Assembly: GCA_046598935.1 (NCBI GenBank)
Contig: JBKJHW010000071.1
Coordinates: 1 to 58,904, forward strand
Length of the DNA: 58,904 nucleotides
Direction: 5' to 3'
Source of the DNA: Vicinamibacterales bacterium
GTDB lineage: Bacteria; Acidobacteriota; Vicinamibacteria; Vicinamibacterales; SCN-69-37
Made by a program: the position numbers and the translations under genes. Below the pieces are notes generated by a model, which worked only from the letters and a program-made list of their open reading frames with translations, was not told the DNA's origin and did not search any database. Positions 1 to 8,900 of this stretch are shown piece after piece. Positions within the stretch are counted from its first letter, which is position 1; each line of letters begins with the position of its first letter.

Positions 1-1224
1 GAAGGATACGGCATCGATCTCCCCTGCATCGCTTCCTGCGCCTTCGGGACGCAGGAACTTCATCAGGTTGATCGACGCCAGGTTGCACGCCGTGTCGTCC
101 AGGAACATGTACTCCGAGCACGGGTTGCTCGCGTTGATGCGCGCCGTGTTCGGGCACGGATGCCACTCGTTGACGGTCGTGTCGAACTGCATGCCGGGGT
201 CGCCGCAGATGTAGGTGCCTTCCGCAATCAGGCGCATCAAGTCGCGCGCCTTATACGTGTCCATCACCTGCCCGCTCACCACCGCCTTCGTCGACCAGTT
301 CCCGTCGTCCGTCACCGCGCGCATGAAGTCGTCGGTCACGCGCACGCTGTTGTTCGAGTTCTGGAAGAAGACCGACGCATACGCCGGACCTGTGAACGAG
401 CCGTCGTAGCCGGCGTCGATCAGCGCCCACGCCTTCTTCTCTTCTTCGACCTTGCAGTTGATGAACTCGACGATGTCGGGGTGCTCGGCGTTGAGGATGA
501 CCATCTTCGCCGCGCGGCGCGTCTTGCCGCCGCTCTTGATCACGCCGGCGAAGGCGTCGAATCCCTTCATGAACGAGACCGGACCCGAGGCCGTGCCGCC
601 GCCCGCCAGGACTTCGCGCGAGGAACGGATCGACGACAGGTTGGAACCCGTGCCGGAACCAAACTTGAAGAGCATGCCTTCGGTCTTGGCGAGACCGAGG
701 ATCGATTCCATCGTGTCCTGCACGGCGTTGATGAAGCACGCCGAGCACTGCGGCGCCGCTTCGAAGCCGCAGTTGAACCACACCGGGCTGTTGAACGAGC
801 CCTTCTGATACACGAGGAGGTGTTTCAGGTCGTCCGAGAATGCGTGGAGGTCGACGTCCGACGCGAAGTAGCCCTGCTCCCGCGCCCAGCGCGTAATCGT
901 GTCGACGACGCGGCCGATCAGCTGCTTCACGGAGCGTTCGCGCTCCGGCGTGCCGATCACACCGCGGAAATATTTTGAAACGACGATGTTCGTCGCCTGT
1001 TGCGACCAGGCTTTAGGAAATTCAACGTCGCGTTGCTCGAAGACGAGCTCGCCGCGTTCGTTCGCAATCAGCGCTGACCGTAGCTCCCAGTCAACTTCAT
1101 CGAAGGGATCGAGCCCATCTTTTGAAAAGTATCGTTCGAACTCGAGCCCTGTGACGCTTTCCCCAGGTCCAAATGTTCGCGCATCACGGGTGGAGGTAGA
1201 TTCCACGTGCTGAGCTCTCTGCAT
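1..1224 (-). CDS. nrdJ: Class II (adenosylcobalamin-dependent) ribonucleotide reductase, N-terminal 408 codons; the gene runs off the left window edge
   Basis: Absent from the ORF track because it is open to the edge. Manual minus-strand translation from ATG at 1224 (purine-rich AGGAAGAGAGAA just upstream, in-frame TAA further upstream) gives MQRAQHVEST..GLEFERYFSKDG..QATNIVVSKYFRG..FKFGSGTGSNLSSIR..GGKTRRAAKM..NPCSEYMFLDDTACNLASINL. These motifs are typical of long NrdJ enzymes. Confidence 0.85.
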   Translation of the reverse strand, partial: MQRAQHVESTSTRDARTFGPGESVTGLEFERYFSKDGLDPFDEVDWELRSALIANERGELVFEQRDVEFPKAWSQQATNIVVSKYFRGVIGTPERERSVKQLIGRVVDTITRWAREQGYFASDVDLHAFSDDLKHLLVYQKGSFNSPVWFNCGFEAAPQCSACFINAVQDTMESILGLAKTEGMLFKFGSGTGSNLSSIRSSREVLAGGGTASGPVSFMKGFDAFAGVIKSGGKTRRAAKMVILNAEHPDIVEFINCKVEEEKKAWALIDAGYDGSFTGPAYASVFFQNSNNSVRVTDDFMRAVTDDGNWSTKAVVSGQVMDTYKARDLMRLIAEGTYICGDPGMQFDTTVNEWHPCPNTARINASNPCSEYMFLDDTACNLASINLMKFLRPEGAGSDAGEIDAVSF

Positions 1225-1243
1225 TCCGTTCTCTCTTCCTGCT

Positions 1244-1271
1244 TACGAATGTGAGCGGCTTCACATTCGTA
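1244..1271 (-). promoter_or_regulatory. Perfect 11-bp-arm palindrome TACGAATGTGA-GCGGCT-TCACATTCGTA, 20 nt upstream of the nrdJ start; matches the CRP/FNR-family core TGTGA-N6-TCACA, or is a 5'-UTR stem-loop
   Basis: Read directly from the sequence; 1244-1254 is the exact reverse complement of 1261-1271. Confidence 0.35.
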
Positions 1272-1463
1272 CATAGCTTCGTCCATCGCCACGAAAACGG
1301 CTGCAATTTCCGCGTCAGTCGTCTTCCACTTCAACTAGGCGCCTAACCAGGAGCCCCGCCTCAGGTTTCGACCACGCTCGCAGGCGGGATCACAACTGTG
1401 AGACTCAGCGTCACGCGACAAAACGCTGGGATCGTTTTGTCGACGGCTGGTTAGTGCCGGGAG

Positions 1464-2291
1464 ATGAATATGCGCCTGCGTTACTTCGTTGTCAAGCGCG
1501 AACCTACGACATATTGTGGTTTGAATTTGGTTGACACGCCAGATATTGACATTTCCGTAGAGCCGGCGCCTCCGGCACTGCCCGGCCGATTCGCGTCTGC
1601 GATCCAGGTACTGCTCTGCTGCGGGCAAATACTGACGCAGACGCCGCTCTTCGGCATTCTGTGGCTTTTCGGCCTGAGGTTGACGGCCGACGGCCAGATT
1701 CCGCTGAAATTTTTCGCGGCCTTGACGCTGATCGACACGGCGCTGGTCGTTTTCATGATGTACGTGTTCCTGAAGGCCTCGCGCGAGTCGGTCCGGCAGG
1801 TTTTTTTCGGCGGACGCGTGCTCAAACAGGAAATCAAACTGGGGCTGGCCCTCATCCCGGTCGTGCTCATCGGCGCCGGCCTTTTCGTCCAGGGGCTCCG
1901 GCTCGTATTCCCAAGTCTGCACAACGTGAAGATCAGCCCGTTCGAATCGTATTTCGCGAACGGGTGGCACGCCGCGGTCTTCCTCTTCGTTGTTATCGTC
2001 GCCGGCGGCGTCCGGGAAGAGCTGCAGCGCGGCTTTCTGCTTCACCGGTTCGAGCAGCGGCTCGGAGGGATGTGGACGGGCCAGATCATCTACAGCGTCG
2101 TCTTCGGCTTCGCCCACTACACCCAGGGCTGGGATGCCGCGGTCCTAACGGGAGGCCTCGGGTTCCTGTGGGGCTATCTATATATAAAGAGGCGCTCGGT
2201 GGCCGCCGCCATGGTCAGCCACGCCGGTTTCAACGCCCTCCAGGTCCTAGGGCAGATCCTGATCAAGACGCTCGGAATCCCCGTCCGCTAG
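1464..2291 (+). CDS. CPBP-family (CAAX-type) intramembrane glutamic endopeptidase
   Basis: Polytopic hydrophobic protein with REELQRGFL (EExxxR), FGFAHY (FxxxH) and SHAGFN (HxxxN) motifs. The true start may be further downstream. Confidence 0.8.
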   Translation: MNMRLRYFVVKREPTTYCGLNLVDTPDIDISVEPAPPALPGRFASAIQVLLCCGQILTQTPLFGILWLFGLRLTADGQIPLKFFAALTLIDTALVVFMMYVFLKASRESVRQVFFGGRVLKQEIKLGLALIPVVLIGAGLFVQGLRLVFPSLHNVKISPFESYFANGWHAAVFLFVVIVAGGVREELQRGFLLHRFEQRLGGMWTGQIIYSVVFGFAHYTQGWDAAVLTGGLGFLWGYLYIKRRSVAAAMVSHAGFNALQVLGQILIKTLGIPVR

Positions 2292-2308
2292 CGCAACCAC
2301 GGTTGAAT

Positions 2309-2363
2309 AAAAAAACGACATCGGGTGTCGTTTCTGGAAAAACGACACCCGATGTCGTTTTTT
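2309..2363. terminator. Bidirectional intrinsic terminator between convergent genes: A-tract, ACGACATCGGGTGTCGT, CTGG spacer, ACGACACCCGATGTCGT, T-tract
   Basis: The two 17-nt arms are exact reverse complements, flanked by A7 on the left and T6 on the right. Each arm also folds alone (ACGACA/TGTCGT). Confidence 0.7.
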
Positions 2364-2373
2364 CGGACGGGTC

Positions 2374-2988
2374 TTATTTACCCAATCGCCGGATTTCGGC
2401 GCGCTGTTTGAGGGAGTCCACCCAGTCTTTGATGCGGGTCGCGCGGCGTTCCGCGGCGACCCGGCGGCGGACTTCGGGTTCGATCGACGCGAACTCGGGG
2501 GTCACCCCGCCCACGGCGAAATCGGCGGCGTTCTTCTGGAAATACGCGAGCGCCTGCTGGCGCGTCGGCTGCGCGGCGGCCGTGAAACGCTGATCGAGAT
2601 ACGCCGCGAGACGCAGCTCGTCCCTGAACCACGCGGTGAGCGCCGCATCGCGCATGCCAACGGTCGCGAGCGCCGCGGCGGCCGTGACGCCGCGCGGCAG
2701 CGACGCGTCCCAACTGCGCCGCCGCGCGGCGACATCCGCCGCCGGCGGCTCGGCCGAGGTATACCGCCCAACTTCAGCAGTGGTCAGCCGCCGCTCAATC
2801 AACGCGTCGAGCAGCCGGTCGTCGGTGAGCGCGTCAGCGCCTGCAATCAGCTTCAACTGCCTCGCAGCCCTGACGTCGGACAGCGTCACAACCTCGCCGT
2901 TCACGATCGCGAGGATACGGTCCAGCACGTTCACTTGAACCTCAGGATTCACTTGAGCAAGATGCACGAGCAGCATCAGCGTGAACAT
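2374..2988 (-). CDS. SurA N-terminal-domain-like periplasmic chaperone
   Basis: DRILAIVNGEVVTLSDV resembles the SurA_N signature. The start abuts the bamA stop with 0-nt spacing. Confidence 0.55.
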   Translation of the reverse strand: MFTLMLLVHLAQVNPEVQVNVLDRILAIVNGEVVTLSDVRAARQLKLIAGADALTDDRLLDALIERRLTTAEVGRYTSAEPPAADVAARRRSWDASLPRGVTAAAALATVGMRDAALTAWFRDELRLAAYLDQRFTAAAQPTRQQALAYFQKNAADFAVGGVTPEFASIEPEVRRRVAAERRATRIKDWVDSLKQRAEIRRLGK

Positions 2989-5931
2989 CTAGAACGCTTC
3001 CCCAATTGAAAAGTGAAACTCCCAGCGCCGTTTGTCTGTGGCCCGGATCCCGCCGACCATCCAGCCAACGTCGATGCGCAGCGGCCCGATCGGCGACCGG
3101 TAACGCAAACCCGCGCCAACCGTGGCGCGCAACTCCGGCAGTCGGATTGCGCTGACGCGCGAAAACACGTTGCCGCCGTCCATGAACGTCACGATCCCGA
3201 GATCGCGCGACAACGCCGTGCGTACCTCGGCGTTCACGACAATCAATCCGTTGCCGCCGCGCGACAGACCCTCGTCATTGAGCACGTCCGGCGCGCCCAG
3301 GCGGTCGAGGCCGAAACCGCGCACGCTGTTGCTGCCGCCCGCAAAAAACCGCTGGCTCAGATTGACGTCTTCGACGCGCTCGGTCTTCCGAGCGCCGTTT
3401 TCGATGACCGGATTATCGAAAGCATCAGTGACGACGACGGTCCGCACAAACCCGCGGAGCAGGCCCAGCCGCAAACCGCCGGCCAGCACGACGCGCGGCG
3501 CCTTCGGAAGGCGGCGATACACGAATCCCTGCAGCAGAGACTTCGCAAAACCCTGCTGCGACCCAAAGACACGGGCCGCCAGATCGACGTCGACGCTCAG
3601 CAGCTCACCGCCGCCCGGCGAAATCGCGTCATTGCGCGTGTCGCGCAGCACGCTCCCGGAGAACACGGACAAGCGAATCTGCGGGAACAGGCGGTCAACG
3701 AGCAATCTATCGTTCGGCTGCACGAGGAGGTTGGACAGCTCGACGCGCTGGAGTGAGTAGGACCCGATCAGCGTCGTCGCCCGCGTCAGACGCCGCAGCA
3801 TCTGCAGGTTGCCCGCTCGCTTCGTGAACGTGAAGCTGTTTCGGATGCCCTGCTCAGCCGACACGCTCGCGAGACCGTCGGCATTCCAGCCGAACATCTT
3901 TGGTTCGCGATACGAACCGATCACTCGATATTCGCTGAAGTCGCAACACTTCCCGTCGCGAAGCGGGTTACCGGCCTCGTCGATCGGTCGCAAGCTGATC
4001 CCAGAGAACAGCGACACCGAACGGTTCTTGCCCCACAGATTCGACCGGCCCACTTCGAATGACGCGCGCGGCGACACTTCGATCTTGTCGACCGTGGTCA
4101 GAACATTGCCGCCCGCATCCACCGAATCTGTGCGCGGCCGGCGGCCGGCCTCGATGCCGCCGCCAAACGCGATCGTCGTCGCCGGCGACTCCTCCACCGT
4201 GATCACAACATCCGTGCCGGTATCGCCGCCGGCATGCGGAGCTTCGGTGATCGTAATCCGGCGGAACAGCCCCATTTCAGCCAGCCGCTGCTGCAGCGCG
4301 ATGCGGTCGGCCGTGCCGAGCGCCTGACCAGGCGACAGCGCAACGGCGCCGAGGATCGTCTCCTGACTCACCCGGCGGTTGCCAACGATGATGATGCGGT
4401 CGAGAACAGTGCGCGGACCTTCCGCAACGACGTTCACGCGGATCGTCGCGAACCGCCGGTCTTCGGTGAGCTCCGGCCGAACATCGATCGCCGCCGCGCT
4501 GTAGCCGCGGCTGTCGTAGCGAGCTTTGATCGCATCGCGATCTGCGAGTACCCGGCCGGCGACAAACGCGCCGCCGCGCTGAAGTTGCATCGCCGCCGTG
4601 ATCTCGGCCGACGTCAACGCTGTCGCGCCAGTCACAATCACGTCAGCTACCTGGGTGACTTGACCTTCGACCACCGTGATGCGCTCGACGACGCGCGGCT
4701 CCGCGCCAGGCCGGACCGGCGGCAACTCCGACGCGGCGGCAGTGACCGTGGCGCCAGCGTAACCTCGCGCGAGATACGCCGCGCTGAGCGCCGTGATGCC
4801 GCGGGCGATCTTCAAGCCGTCGAACACGCTGTCAGGCTGCGCGTCGATCATCGCTTCGATCGTCTCCGTTGGAATTGCGACGTTGCCCGTGATCTCCAGG
4901 CGGTCGAGGCGGTAGCGCTCGCCGCGCAGGACGTTGATCGTGATGACCTTGCCTGCGGGCGAATCCGCGCGGGAAAAAGCAGCCTTGGCTTTCCAGTACC
5001 CGTCGCGCCGCAGCACCGCCTCGATGCGCCGCACTGAATCCTCGAGCAGATCGTCGTCAGCCGAGCCTTCACGGCGAATCGGCACGAGATCGTTGATATT
5101 GCCCGGAACGGGATCTCCGGACAGTTTCAGTGTGACAAGCGCGCCCGATTCCACGGCGATCACAACATCGACGCTGCGGCCGTCGTCAGAAATGACGTCG
5201 CGCGCATGCGAGACGGACGCCTCGTAGTAGCTCCGTGTACGAAGTGTTTCAATGATCTCGTCCAGGCCCGCATCGATCTCGCGCTGCCGGTACGCCCCGC
5301 CAACCCTCACGCCGGTTCTCGAGAGCACTTCATTGGCGCTGAGGACTGAGTGCCCTTCCACCTTCGCGCTCCGCACGATGGCGAGCGGACCGGCCTCGAT
5401 GGCGAGCACGAGCGTCGCGCGTTCGGGGAGATGCGTCGACTCGGTTGTCGCAACCGCCTTGGCGCCTCGATAACCCTCGTCGGCCAGCGCGCGTTCAATC
5501 GCACGTGCGGCCGCGTCAACCTGCGTACTTCCGGGCAGGCCGCCGAATCGTTGGCGCAGCTCGCGCTCGAGCGCCGGCACGGGAAGACCGGTGTTGCCGC
5601 GGAAGACGACGCGGTCGATTGTGTGACTGGGCACGAGGTCAAAGACGAGTTCGATCGACGCGCCTCTTTCTGTTGCGCGGACGGACACGTCTTCGAACCG
5701 GCCCGCCGCAAACAACTGAATGATGCTCACGCGGAGCGCCGCAAGGTCCAGCGGCTCGCCGGCGCGCACATCGAGCAGGGCCCGCAACTCCGGAGCATCG
5801 GAACGGCGGCCCTCGAGGTCGAGATGAACCGCCGATACATTTCGCCCGGCGAGCCGTGCAATCGGATCAGCGGTCTGCGCCCATGCGGGCGTCGCGACCG
5901 ACACGAGAATGGCCAGAAGACAGGCGCGCAT
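2989..5931 (-). CDS. bamA: Omp85-family outer-membrane protein assembly factor (BamA/TamA-like; several POTRA-like repeats plus a C-terminal beta-barrel ending in F)
   Basis: Track ORF is 2989..5997. I prefer the start at 5931 (MRACLLAILVSVATPAWAQ signal peptide), which overlaps the tamB stop by 1 nt (TGATG). The C-terminus ...WEFHFSIGEAF is typical of beta-barrel OMPs. Confidence 0.85.
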   Translation of the reverse strand: MRACLLAILVSVATPAWAQTADPIARLAGRNVSAVHLDLEGRRSDAPELRALLDVRAGEPLDLAALRVSIIQLFAAGRFEDVSVRATERGASIELVFDLVPSHTIDRVVFRGNTGLPVPALERELRQRFGGLPGSTQVDAAARAIERALADEGYRGAKAVATTESTHLPERATLVLAIEAGPLAIVRSAKVEGHSVLSANEVLSRTGVRVGGAYRQREIDAGLDEIIETLRTRSYYEASVSHARDVISDDGRSVDVVIAVESGALVTLKLSGDPVPGNINDLVPIRREGSADDDLLEDSVRRIEAVLRRDGYWKAKAAFSRADSPAGKVITINVLRGERYRLDRLEITGNVAIPTETIEAMIDAQPDSVFDGLKIARGITALSAAYLARGYAGATVTAAASELPPVRPGAEPRVVERITVVEGQVTQVADVIVTGATALTSAEITAAMQLQRGGAFVAGRVLADRDAIKARYDSRGYSAAAIDVRPELTEDRRFATIRVNVVAEGPRTVLDRIIIVGNRRVSQETILGAVALSPGQALGTADRIALQQRLAEMGLFRRITITEAPHAGGDTGTDVVITVEESPATTIAFGGGIEAGRRPRTDSVDAGGNVLTTVDKIEVSPRASFEVGRSNLWGKNRSVSLFSGISLRPIDEAGNPLRDGKCCDFSEYRVIGSYREPKMFGWNADGLASVSAEQGIRNSFTFTKRAGNLQMLRRLTRATTLIGSYSLQRVELSNLLVQPNDRLLVDRLFPQIRLSVFSGSVLRDTRNDAISPGGGELLSVDVDLAARVFGSQQGFAKSLLQGFVYRRLPKAPRVVLAGGLRLGLLRGFVRTVVVTDAFDNPVIENGARKTERVEDVNLSQRFFAGGSNSVRGFGLDRLGAPDVLNDEGLSRGGNGLIVVNAEVRTALSRDLGIVTFMDGGNVFSRVSAIRLPELRATVGAGLRYRSPIGPLRIDVGWMVGGIRATDKRRWEFHFSIGEAF

Positions 5932-8900
5932 CAGAATCGGTAGCGAACCCTGAAATCCAGCGCGAACGACTGATCTTCGTTTTTCGAAAGCACCCACGAC
6001 ATCCGGTCGTTCTGATCGTACTCAAGCAGAATGACCTCCGCGCGGCCGGTGTTCAGAGCGCGAGAGTACGTGACGAATACCCGCTCCGAGACGCGCTTTC
6101 CGAGGGTGACCCGCGCCGTCGGGCTCAGTTGCGCCGTATCGGAGAAACCTAATAGCGGGGTGATCTGCACCGTATCGACCCCCAACGTCCGCTCCATGAC
6201 GCGGCCGACCGAGGAGGACAGCGGGCTCGTCAGCAGACGCGCGGCGTTGGCCTGCACCAGGTTCAGATTCGCGCGCTGCGTTGCTTCGAGCGCGTTCACC
6301 TCGGGATCGCGCAGCTTCTCCAGGTCTGTTTCGCCGAAGAGCAGCTGGATGATCGCCATCTGAGGCAGCTGCGGATCCGACGTGAACGTCGGCGTGAGGC
6401 GGTCGGTCGTCCCGGTGATCGTCGCGTTCACGCGGTACGTTTGTCCGGAGCTGGTGCCGCCGCCTCCCGGCACGCGGATGCGCGTCTCTGCTTCGATGTC
6501 GAACACAGGCTGCATCGTCGCGGGATTGGTGAACTCCACAGTCCCGCGGCTGACGATGTAGCGATTGCCGAGGAAGGTGACCTCGGCGCGGTTGATGTCG
6601 ATGCTACCCGTCACGGTCGGATGGTCGTACGTGCCGCGCACGGTGAGGTCGCCGCTGGCAACGATGTGCGCGAGCGAGTTGTCGATGCGAAGCGTCTGTG
6701 GCGCGATGACCTGAATTTCATACGTCAGCGGAATGCCGGTTTCAACGACGGTGCCGCTCACGCCGCCGGTCGCGATCGTTGCCTCGCCGGTCAAGCCGAG
6801 CAACCCCACTTCGCTGTTGACCTCGCGTGTCATCGTCGCGTGCAGGACGGTCACAGTGCCCGAAAGCTCGGCGGCCGACGTCGTGCCGCGCAGAAAGAGA
6901 TCGGCGTTGAGCCGCGACTGGAAGCCTTCGGGATATCGAAGCGTCATGTTGCGGCCGACCGCTGAGAGGTTCAGTTCGTCGGGCAGGTAGCCCTTGAGGC
7001 CGATAGTGCCTGCGAGGCGGACGTCGCCGCCGCCAAGCCGGCCCTCGACGCCGTCAACGCGCAGACCGTCGGAGTCGAAGCGGACGATGCCGTTCAATTC
7101 TTCGAACGAATGCGGGAGCGCGAAGTGGCGAATACGGCCGCGCGTGATCGCCGCGTTCCCGGAAAACTGCGGCGAGCGCATGTCGCCGGTGATGTCCGCG
7201 ATCACTTCAGCGGAGCCGCTGCTGCGAAGGTCCGGGAAGAACGCCTGGAGAACGGCGAGATTGGCCGAGCCTCGAGCCTTGATGTTCACCTGTTCGTCGG
7301 TGAGGGACACGCCGCCGGACAAATCGAGCTGCGTGCCGTCACCGACGAGGCGCAGCCTGCCCACGTGCGCCGCATTCTCGCCGAACGTGACGTGGATCGG
7401 CCCCTCATTGCGAAGCGCATAGTCGAAGAGCGTGAGCTCCGCCTTTTCGAGGGTCGCATCGACGCTGAGGTACCGCATATCCGCGAGTTCGCCCGAAATG
7501 CGAACAGCGCCCGTGATCGAGGCCGTCGCATGAGGCGAGATCTGCGTGGTCGGACTGATCAATCTGAAATATGGATCCACGCGCGTATTGGTCGCGCGGA
7601 ACGTCAGATCGGAATCCATCTCGTCGTTCATCGCGACGCGGCCGGTTCCCGAGACACTCAACCGCGGCGACGCCGCCTCGAGCTGCTCGATCACGATCGT
7701 CTCTTTCACATAGCGCAGGCGCGCCGTGACCTGGCCGATGCCTTCGTCGCCCGCGTACAGATCCGCGATGCTCCCGCGGGCTTCGTAGGTCGGATCAACG
7801 AACGACCCGGTGCCGCTGGCGGTGAATTGCAACATCCCGGAGAAAGGCGTCGCCGGATACCGCCAGTTATCGATCGACTCAACCGGTATCCGCTGGCCGT
7901 CGAAGTTGAACGAGTACGTCTCGTTGTGCCAGTCGGCGAACGCGGCGCCGCGAATAATGCCTACGCCCTTAAAGAGCTCGATACCGTCCACGCGCACGCC
8001 CGCGTATTCAAATCGCAATCCCGCGGTGGCGTAGTCAAAGGATTCTTCCCAGGCGGAGCCGTTGTCGATCCTGAAAGTGCCGAACCCTTCGGGTCGGTCG
8101 TACTCGCCGTACAGATGCAGCTCGGCGCTGCCGAGCCCGTCGACAGGCCACAGATCCATGTAGAACGCATGGCGCAACTCGACAAGCGGCCACTTGACGA
8201 TGTTGATGCGCGCGTCGAGCTCACGGCCGCGGTCTGCACGCGGATAGCCGAGCGAATAGCGACCGGCGGTGTCGATGCGCGAGCCCGGATAGCTCCCGAA
8301 GAACACGCCGTCGGTGATGTCGGCGTAGTTATTCTCAATCACCGCCTTGCCGGTGCCTCGTCCCCAATCCACATCCCACGCGCGCATGTGCTGGCCCGCA
8401 AAGGTCCCATCGATGTGCGGATTCCAGAACGCCTTCGTGAGTACGCCTTCGAACGTGCCGAAGCCGCCGATGTCAATCGGCGTCGATACCGAATTGAACG
8501 CGCCCATCAGTTCGACAAGCAGCCTGTCGCTCTCGAGAAAATCCGTGGTCGACAGCCGGAACGGTACGCGCGAATTGTCGCCGTACTCGGTGCGGCCGCT
8601 GAATGAGAGGTAGGTTTTCGGCGTCGCCGCCCAGCTGCCCTCAGCGACATCGATCCACCTGGGCGCCCACGTGTACTTGATGTTGCCGTTGATGTTGTAC
8701 GGACTCAGCCGCCGCGTGGCGTCGAACGGTTTCTCCGGTGCGGCCGGTCTCAGACCGGCGGGCAGGTCGAATGTTTTTCGCGCCTCGTCATTGATTGATG
8801 CAGACGAAATCTCGCCGTCGCCAACTTTCGTGGGGCCGAACTGGCCGTTCGTCCACGTCATGACATTGCGGCCCGTCAGTTTTCCGGCGAGCCGCAAGCC

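Noticed and set aside
1068-1334. 88-aa ORF across the nrdJ start region.
   Set aside because: It is out of frame with, and overlapping, the nrdJ N-terminus. It has no motif and contains the 5'-UTR palindrome.
1225-1463. Possible cobalamin riboswitch or NrdR boxes upstream of the B12-dependent reductase.
   Set aside because: I could not find a B12-box-like GCCACTG core or a pair of NrdR-type 16-bp boxes (acaCwAtATaTwGtgt). Only the TGTGA-N6-TCACA palindrome and simple hairpins are present.
7110-8606. Long ORFs antisense to well-supported genes. Examples: 160..978, 1335..2117, 7110..8606, 13341..14759, 22297..23184, 23861..25000, 26057..27034, 27066..27917, 31029..32342, 32382..33380, 43271..44251, 44458..45579, 45661..47040, 48562..49596, 50674..51732, 53103..54059, 54176..55339, 57741..58625.
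   Set aside because: These are typical shadow ORFs of GC-rich DNA. Their translations are Arg/Ala/Pro/Gly/Asp-rich with no motifs, and each lies fully opposite a gene with clear conserved signatures.
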